IMG/VR virus record: IMGVR_UViG_3300031555_004297
DNA: 64,000 nt
Source: a virus
Lineage: Duplodnaviria > Caudoviricetes
Reading direction: 5' to 3' (one strand)
Shown: piece after piece, positions 57,984-64,000 of the stretch
How the letters are laid out: every line of letters begins with the position of its first letter
How positions within the stretch are numbered: the first letter of the stretch is position 1
Notes under the pieces: generated by a model
Database searches by the model: none
The model's input: the letters and a program-made list of their open reading frames with translations, nothing else
What the model was told of the DNA's origin: nothing
Translations under genes and position numbers: made by a program

Positions 57984-58733
57984 TTAAAGTTTACTAGAAG
58001 TCCTATTGTCTTCCAAATCCATAGGCTTTTCCTCGCCCGTAATTTCATATTTTTCTTCAGGAGTAAGCTCATAGTTAAACTTCTTAGGAAGTTTAAAAAA
58101 CCACTCTTCAACATAATCTTCGAACTTGAGTTCTACGCCATTAATATTATTATCTCGCAAACAGAGGCGTGTAATAAATCTTAGCAAGCTTCTGGAGTGC
58201 TCATTTCTGTAGACAAATGCACAGCTATTTTCGAACTGACAATAATTATTAATGTCTACAAAACCAGCTTCCTCGAGGTCAATAACTTCTTCTACAAAAG
58301 AAGTATTTTGGAAGATGATGGCTTCTTTTTCAGAACTGGCTTTGATATATAACTGAGTTGCAATAAGCATATCAGAGTGCGCTTCTGCAAACTCGCGTAA
58401 TGCGAAATTAGCATTATCGGATCTTTCGTCGGGGGTAAGATCAGTAGTAATATCCGTAATGATAAGAATCTTATCAATTTTAGGATTGGTAACGTCAAGA
58501 ATACCAAAGATATCTCTGGAGAGGAATCTCAGTTTCTCATATTCTTTCTTAGGCTCAATATAATACTCGAACCTAAATTCACCATACTCTTCGATAGTTG
58601 TTTCTGGATACACTAGGCATCCTTTTTCATTCATGGTGCAGCCCTTTGGTTCATCAACAGGAACAGACTCGATCTTTCCTTCTGCTTCAAGTTTATCCAG
58701 TGCATTCAGCACTTTTGATTCAAACTTATCCAT
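57984..58733 (-). CDS. hypothetical acidic protein
   Basis: 249 aa; AAGGAG SD; early promoter 58794-58803. Confidence 0.7.
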   Translation of the reverse strand: MDKFESKVLNALDKLEAEGKIESVPVDEPKGCTMNEKGCLVYPETTIEEYGEFRFEYYIEPKKEYEKLRFLSRDIFGILDVTNPKIDKILIITDITTDLTPDERSDNANFALREFAEAHSDMLIATQLYIKASSEKEAIIFQNTSFVEEVIDLEEAGFVDINNYCQFENSCAFVYRNEHSRSLLRFITRLCLRDNNINGVELKFEDYVEEWFFKLPKKFNYELTPEEKYEITGEEKPMDLEDNRTSSKL

Positions 58734-58817
58734 ATTTCATTCTCCTTTAAAATGTATTAGAGAAGCAGAAATTAATCTGCTTCTCTTAATATAATAATAT
58801 ATGTTTATATTTTATTT

Positions 58818-59237
58818 TCACTCTAAATCTAGTTTTGCAAATCTAGTTGGACAATAAAGCTTGAATGAGATATCCAAAGTTCCAGTAGAATAATCATAAT
58901 CTGCCGAAAGATCATTAAATGATACTACATAAAGAGCATCGTCATCATCGGTGACGACATATGTAATAGCATCTTCAAATTGAGTTAATAAATCTACCGA
59001 AACAGTGCAACAGACATCTGCACATGGAATTTTAATTCTGAAAGGAGCTACATATCCAATATCATGACCCATATCAAAGGCTTTGATTAAACGATCGTCA
59101 TCTCTATCCTTTTCTGGATCTACTATAGTATGCGGTATATGAATGGTATTATGAAGACCATCGATCACTCTAGATATAATTCTATGAAATTCCTCATTGT
59201 AATACAACAATGTTTCACTGCTTATATATTTAACCAT
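58818..59237 (-). CDS. hypothetical protein
   Basis: 139 aa; GGAGG SD; overlaps the upstream stop. Confidence 0.7.
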   Translation of the reverse strand: MVKYISSETLLYYNEEFHRIISRVIDGLHNTIHIPHTIVDPEKDRDDDRLIKAFDMGHDIGYVAPFRIKIPCADVCCTVSVDLLTQFEDAITYVVTDDDDALYVVSFNDLSADYDYSTGTLDISFKLYCPTRFAKLDLE

Positions 59238-59790
59238 TATTGTCTTCCTCCTCCTTTCTTGATGAATAATAAATCATTGTATTTTCGTCGCAAAATACAT
59301 TTTCAGATTTTACAATAATCCTAAAGTTATTGTTTGTAGGATCTGTTTTTCCACGCATAAAGATCCCAAACCAAGGATATACTAATGAGTTTACAGCTCT
59401 AAATCTATCTTTATGCTTTCCAATAGGTTTGTTCCCATTAAGAATAGTATCATTAATTCTATTAAAATGATACTTGATACTGAAAGCTTTAATCTGAGTT
59501 GCAATATAGGCTTCAAGAGCAAGATATGTATCCCAATCCGTAGGAGTAATATGAATAATAGCATAAACAGGGCATTTGCCAATTTTTACAGTTCCCCAGG
59601 CCTGCTTGAAGGTAGATAAATCTACAGCAATCTTAGGCCTAGTAGCTTTAGAATCCCAGCATGTATTATTAAGAGATTCATTAATAAATGATTCGATCTT
59701 CTTCATAAGAATTTTCATATTCTTATGAATCAATTTGAATTCTTTCTTTGAAATAGCAATGGTTGAATCAAAGGTGTAGGGTACAGTCAT
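59230..59790 (-). CDS. hypothetical protein
   Basis: AAGGAG SD; late promoter 59819-59830. Confidence 0.65.
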   Translation of the reverse strand: MTVPYTFDSTIAISKKEFKLIHKNMKILMKKIESFINESLNNTCWDSKATRPKIAVDLSTFKQAWGTVKIGKCPVYAIIHITPTDWDTYLALEAYIATQIKAFSIKYHFNRINDTILNGNKPIGKHKDRFRAVNSLVYPWFGIFMRGKTDPTNNNFRIIVKSENVFCDENTMIYYSSRKEEEDNNG

Positions 59791-59892
59791 TTTCATTCTC
59801 CTTAAGCATTTTATACTTTAATAAAGTGTTTAAGCAGGTACAAAACTATAATCGGAAGAAGCCGCGTATACAGCTTCTTCCGGTAGTTTATA

Positions 59893-61149
59893 TTAATCAT
59901 CTGGGCAAAATGCAGCCATTGGATCCATTTCAGTAAAATTGAGCTGATCATCATGGAATAATTTCATTGATAGCACTTTAAGTTTAGAAGGAATCTGTGG
60001 TGTAGCCGCACCTATATTCCTAATACCAAGTCTATAGAAAAGATTTCCTGCGCAAGCGTTACAGATTCCATCTTTAGCTTCGCACATGGATGAGAATCTG
60101 AGCTTTATCTTCTTTCCTATAAACTTATTTTTATTTTCAGATGTAATCTCTGTAAGAGATCCATCATTATTAATTACATAGCAATACATAATTGAGCCTA
60201 TATTTTTTTCTGTAACATTTATCTCAATATGACGCTTCGTTCCACAATCACTTCCAGGATCTTTGAGAATAACATGTTGTAAACTTTGGAGAAATAATTT
60301 TTCCCAATATCCGCCTAGCTCTGTTTTCTTGGATCTTGAATAAGGTCCAGCGGCCAATGTATTTGCTAACTTAGAGTACTCATCTTGTGTAACTCCATCT
60401 ACGTAATTTGATGTAATAATATTATAAGACTTTCTAGGATCAGGATCTTGCACAGAACCTCTCATGATAAACATGTTTTTGAAGTTGTTCTCGAAAGAGC
60501 CGCCAGCTCCAGAGAGGAACATGTCCATAGCAGGATCATCCTGCATAAGTTCTTTTGCATATGCAAGAAGCTCTTTACTAACTTGGTCTACTACATAAAC
60601 ATCACCCTTATCAAAAGCTTCTTGATTTTGTTTAATCAACTCTGCTTTCCTTTTATTAATCTTCTTTGTAATTGTAAGCATATTCATAGAATGATTAGGT
60701 GCAAGAATACTTACATATGGCATAAATTTCTGACTCTTCTTACAGAATCTCTTATAAGTCTCTATAGAGATCTTGTCCTCAAGTACAGCATATCCAAGTG
60801 AATCAAATAATTTACCATAAGCTTTCTTACCGACATTATCATTTACATAGCCCACAAATTGAAGAAGCTCGGGCTCGCATTCTATAAAATATTTATTAAA
60901 AATAAGTCTACCGATTGTGGTAGTAAAGGGTTCTTTATTTCTCTTCTCTTTTCCATCTGGAAGCTTTCCACCATATGCTCCAGTAGGAATTGTCAGGATA
61001 TCATAAGGATTAAACCACTGATGGTCGCCAAAATCTCCAAATAATTCCATAATCAGACTTGTTGTAATGTCATCCTCTGTCAATTTAACAAGATATTCGA
61101 TATCTTTAGGATCTTTTATTTCTCTCGAAACGCGTTTTGCAACAGCCAT
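59893..61149 (-). CDS. rpoC: RNA polymerase beta' C-terminal subunit (virion-type, phiKZ gp80-like)
   Basis: TTTIGRLIFN, SGAGGS, bridge helix KTELGGYWEK, DCGT and RFSSMC...GICNACAG motifs; start revised to ATG 61149. Confidence 0.88.
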   Translation of the reverse strand: MAVAKRVSREIKDPKDIEYLVKLTEDDITTSLIMELFGDFGDHQWFNPYDILTIPTGAYGGKLPDGKEKRNKEPFTTTIGRLIFNKYFIECEPELLQFVGYVNDNVGKKAYGKLFDSLGYAVLEDKISIETYKRFCKKSQKFMPYVSILAPNHSMNMLTITKKINKRKAELIKQNQEAFDKGDVYVVDQVSKELLAYAKELMQDDPAMDMFLSGAGGSFENNFKNMFIMRGSVQDPDPRKSYNIITSNYVDGVTQDEYSKLANTLAAGPYSRSKKTELGGYWEKLFLQSLQHVILKDPGSDCGTKRHIEINVTEKNIGSIMYCYVINNDGSLTEITSENKNKFIGKKIKLRFSSMCEAKDGICNACAGNLFYRLGIRNIGAATPQIPSKLKVLSMKLFHDDQLNFTEMDPMAAFCPDD

Positions 61150-61235
61150 TGAAAATCGCTCCTTTCGAATCAATTCATTATTCATTTGTTCGATGTATTA
61201 AAAAGGAGAGAGATGCTACGTGTTGGTAGCATCTC

Positions 61236-61856
61236 TTAAAAGAATACTCTATGCACATCAGCAAGAGCATTCATACCACATCTAAAGTCAGATGGAGTAC
61301 TAGAAAGAGTAACTGTATATCTAGTATCATGATTTAATGTAATCAAGATATGTCCACTCTTTGTTCTTTCAGCAGTTAGACCGGACTCATTAATTTTATC
61401 AATAGTCCATGGAACATCCTTTCCATCATATTTCTTAAGTAATAAAGCAATTGATTCTTTTATCTTTCGTCGTCGTCCAGTCTCTTGATTTGCTTTAAGG
61501 ATAGATTCGCAAATTGTATGAGTTCTAGACATTTTATCAGAATTATTTAGAGCTATAGTCAATAGCTCTATAATTAGATCCTTCTGTTCTCCAGTATAAA
61601 GATCTTGTTCTTTTCCTTCTATAATCAAAGGAGTTCCGACCTTTGCTTTATATGATTCAAGAATAATTTGCTGAGACAGCATTTTTCCTTTTACTGTATT
61701 TAATTCTTTATGCAATGATTTTATCTCATTTTCATATTCAGATTCTAGGCTATCATAAAATTTTTTATCTTCAGCTCTAGCTTGTTTTTCTTTTGCTAGT
61801 TCATCTTCCAGATATTTAATATATTCTTCTGGAGTAAGTCCTTCATAATATTCCAA
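61236..61856 (-). CDS. coiled-coil protein with C-terminal HicA-like domain
   Basis: TTG start after GAAAGGAGGT; KSGHILI...VTLSSTPSDFRCGMNALADVHR. Confidence 0.55.
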   Translation of the reverse strand: MEYYEGLTPEEYIKYLEDELAKEKQARAEDKKFYDSLESEYENEIKSLHKELNTVKGKMLSQQIILESYKAKVGTPLIIEGKEQDLYTGEQKDLIIELLTIALNNSDKMSRTHTICESILKANQETGRRRKIKESIALLLKKYDGKDVPWTIDKINESGLTAERTKSGHILITLNHDTRYTVTLSSTPSDFRCGMNALADVHRVFF

Positions 61857-61966
61857 AGGAAGTACCTCCTTTCTAAAAATAAAGTATATTAAATAGATGT
61901 ATGTATCTATATAAAGATAAACAATCCTGAATGGGCCCAAACAGGCCCATTCAGAACATTAACAAA

Positions 61967-62815
61967 TTACATGTAGATGTGATAGATAATATCAATACCC
62001 TTGCTCACATCAATAAGAGATTCGTTCGGAATATTGAGCTTTGTTACCGGACGAATTTCCTTGAAGTATACATATCCATTCTCTTCGACAGGATATGCGG
62101 AGCAGAGAGAAATCGTATTAATACGAGCTTCATCAATACCTACAGTTGCAATAAAGTAGTCACGAATATCCTGCTTAGTAATCTTAAGGTTAATCTCAAC
62201 ATAAGACTCAGCGGAATCTACTTTATTATCAGTATAGATAGTGCTAGTAACAGCTGTAGAATCAGCATACTGCTGAATGAACTTAGGCTCGGAATCAAAT
62301 CTCTTGAAGTAGTATGCATAACGATCGCCTACCTTGGTGCGTCCGAAGTAAGTTTCTCTCAGTTCGTCAGAAAGATCAGTATTAGTCAACTGATATCTGA
62401 ATGGAATAAGATTCTCTGGAGCAATCCACTTCTTATAATCTACAGGATAAACCTGAGAGTTCTGGTCTCCACATCCATCAATACCTACACAGAAAAGAAG
62501 AATCTTATGATTATCTTTAGTTGCTACAGTACCAATAGACTCTGAAGGAGCAGTATCAGCAGCAGGGGTATACATAGCATCAGCACCCGTTCTAAATACA
62601 GAGTTGTAGGAAGGGGTAACCTCAGGATTTGTTACATCAAAAAGTTTTCTGGCAATAAGACCAGATCCAGGAATGATGACTTTGTTTCTAAGTCCTTTGA
62701 AAATATATTCACCCGTCTCGGGGTTTCTAATATCGATCGAAGTTTTAAACGTTGTATATTCGACCTGATCTCTAGTATCGAGACCATCATAGAAAGCCAT
62801 TAGTTTATTACTCAT
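61967..62815 (-). CDS. baseplate/fibre-attachment structural protein
   Basis: late promoter 62853-62864; LFCVGIDG, YYFKRF and RINTISL...IIYHIY beta-rich pattern. Confidence 0.55.
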   Translation of the reverse strand: MSNKLMAFYDGLDTRDQVEYTTFKTSIDIRNPETGEYIFKGLRNKVIIPGSGLIARKLFDVTNPEVTPSYNSVFRTGADAMYTPAADTAPSESIGTVATKDNHKILLFCVGIDGCGDQNSQVYPVDYKKWIAPENLIPFRYQLTNTDLSDELRETYFGRTKVGDRYAYYFKRFDSEPKFIQQYADSTAVTSTIYTDNKVDSAESYVEINLKITKQDIRDYFIATVGIDEARINTISLCSAYPVEENGYVYFKEIRPVTKLNIPNESLIDVSKGIDIIYHIYM

Positions 62816-62863
62816 AATAGCGTGTAATCCTCCTTGATCGCTCAGTTTCAATTATATATATGT

Positions 62864-64000
62864 TTAATCTGGCAAATCTTTAGATGTGATAATGGTGAGC
62901 GCATCGATGAGTGCTTCCTCGGTAAGTATCTCTTCCGTAGAAGCATTTTCGGTGTCCATTTTATCTGTAAGTTGAGATTTATCAAGAGATACTCCACTTG
63001 CATATATTGCAGCAGCTTCCTCTGTAACAACCTTTGTATCATCATTATCAGGGAATACAACACTAGAAATATATACAGATGCATCAGAATCTCCAGTCTT
63101 ATCGGCAACGATGATTCTATCCATATCATCTCCAGATACATATGTCATATATGGATCCTTGAGAGCCTCTACCATTCCTTCCTCATATACCCACACTCTA
63201 TCATGAATTCCTAAACCTTCTTTAGGATTAATAGAGATAAGGTTATTAAGAGTATCAGACATGGAAATGGCTTCATAATACATTGTAGTCATATCATTAT
63301 CTGCAAAAGTATCATTAAGAGCTATGATAGTTTTCATGATGGTCTTAACAATAAGCGATACAGCATCCTCTTTACCAAATAGCTCATCTCGATAATATTT
63401 TTCTGCAAACGTATAGATATCGAAATAGATTCTTTCAATTAACGCCACTCTGTCCTCAGGATTATTTGTAACTTTAAGTTCAGATAAACGCTCCACTAAA
63501 TCAACTCTCTCTTCCTTATCGAAAAGTCTTGTAAAGTCAATCTTATCAATCAATTTGATAGCTGCTTCAAGCTTATCATCGATAGTATAAATTGTGTTGA
63601 TTCCAAGAAAGTCTACTTTATAAGATTTATAGAAATTGATAATAGATACGATATACTGCTTTGCGGCATCTGCACTCATTGCAGGGATATTCGAGAACAA
63701 TGCTTGGAACTCGGTCGTATCAATAAACTCCTCAAGAGCATACACAATGCTATCAATAACAGTTGCAATATACTGCTCTCTTGCTGTTTCATCTTCAAAA
63801 TTGTCAATTTCTCCAAGAATACCATAAAGATCCAAATCTCTATGATGGAGGAATTCGGTATAAGTGATATACTCTTTTGTCTCTCCATCGATAGTTAGAG
63901 TCTCTTTATAATATTCTCCAGTTTCAGGATTCTTATAGTAATCGAAAGTCAACTCAACGATCATAAGAGAATCATAAAGCTGCTTATAGATATCATATAT
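62864..64000 (-). CDS. C-terminal part of a large structural protein (probable baseplate wedge), truncated by the window end
   Basis: frame is open to position 64000; IINFYKSYKV motif; acidic C-terminus. Confidence 0.55.
   Translation of the reverse strand: MYDIYKQLYDSLMIVELTFDYYKNPETGEYYKETLTIDGETKEYITYTEFLHHRDLDLYGILGEIDNFEDETAREQYIATVIDSIVYALEEFIDTTEFQALFSNIPAMSADAAKQYIVSIINFYKSYKVDFLGINTIYTIDDKLEAAIKLIDKIDFTRLFDKEERVDLVERLSELKVTNNPEDRVALIERIYFDIYTFAEKYYRDELFGKEDAVSLIVKTIMKTIIALNDTFADNDMTTMYYEAISMSDTLNNLISINPKEGLGIHDRVWVYEEGMVEALKDPYMTYVSGDDMDRIIVADKTGDSDASVYISSVVFPDNDDTKVVTEEAAAIYASGVSLDKSQLTDKMDTENASTEEILTEEALIDALTIITSKDLPD

Noticed and set aside
1-64000. Stop-codon reassignment, as seen in some jumbo gut phages
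   Set aside because: Very long ORFs are intact in the standard code, and TAA, TAG and TGA all end genes at sensible places

Overview
64 kb slice of an AT-rich jumbo myophage genome, apparently related to the AR9/PBS1-phiKZ group. The host is probably a Firmicute (strong GGAGG Shine-Dalgarno sites). It encodes inner-head protein paralogues, tail tube and baseplate proteins, a 3692-aa tape measure protein with a C-terminal C39-like peptidase, a RusA resolvase, tail fibres, a putative holin, and three subunits of a split multisubunit RNA polymerase (probably the virion enzyme). The RNAP beta' gene is interrupted inside its catalytic ADFD/GD motif by a 915-nt group I intron carrying an HNH endonuclease. 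A diversity-generating retroelement (DGR) is present: target gene 36823-38223, VR 38069-38223, TR 38594-38748, RT 39095-40600, with 26 of 26 VR/TR mismatches at TR adenines. It is unusual in lacking a recognisable avd gene, having a C-terminally extended RT, and having a poly-C leader peptide translationally coupled to the target. Two phage promoter classes can be read from the sequence: AAC(A/T)-N6-TA (24 correctly oriented copies) and TATAT(T/C)AT. These promoters reveal promoter-to-terminator non-coding units at 35.1-35.75 kb and 41.2-41.7 kb. The three at 35 kb share a 5' hairpin with a UGCYA loop and carry sequence antisense to SD plus start codon, which suggests an undescribed family of translation-silencing small RNAs. 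All product calls come from motif recognition by eye; no database search was run.
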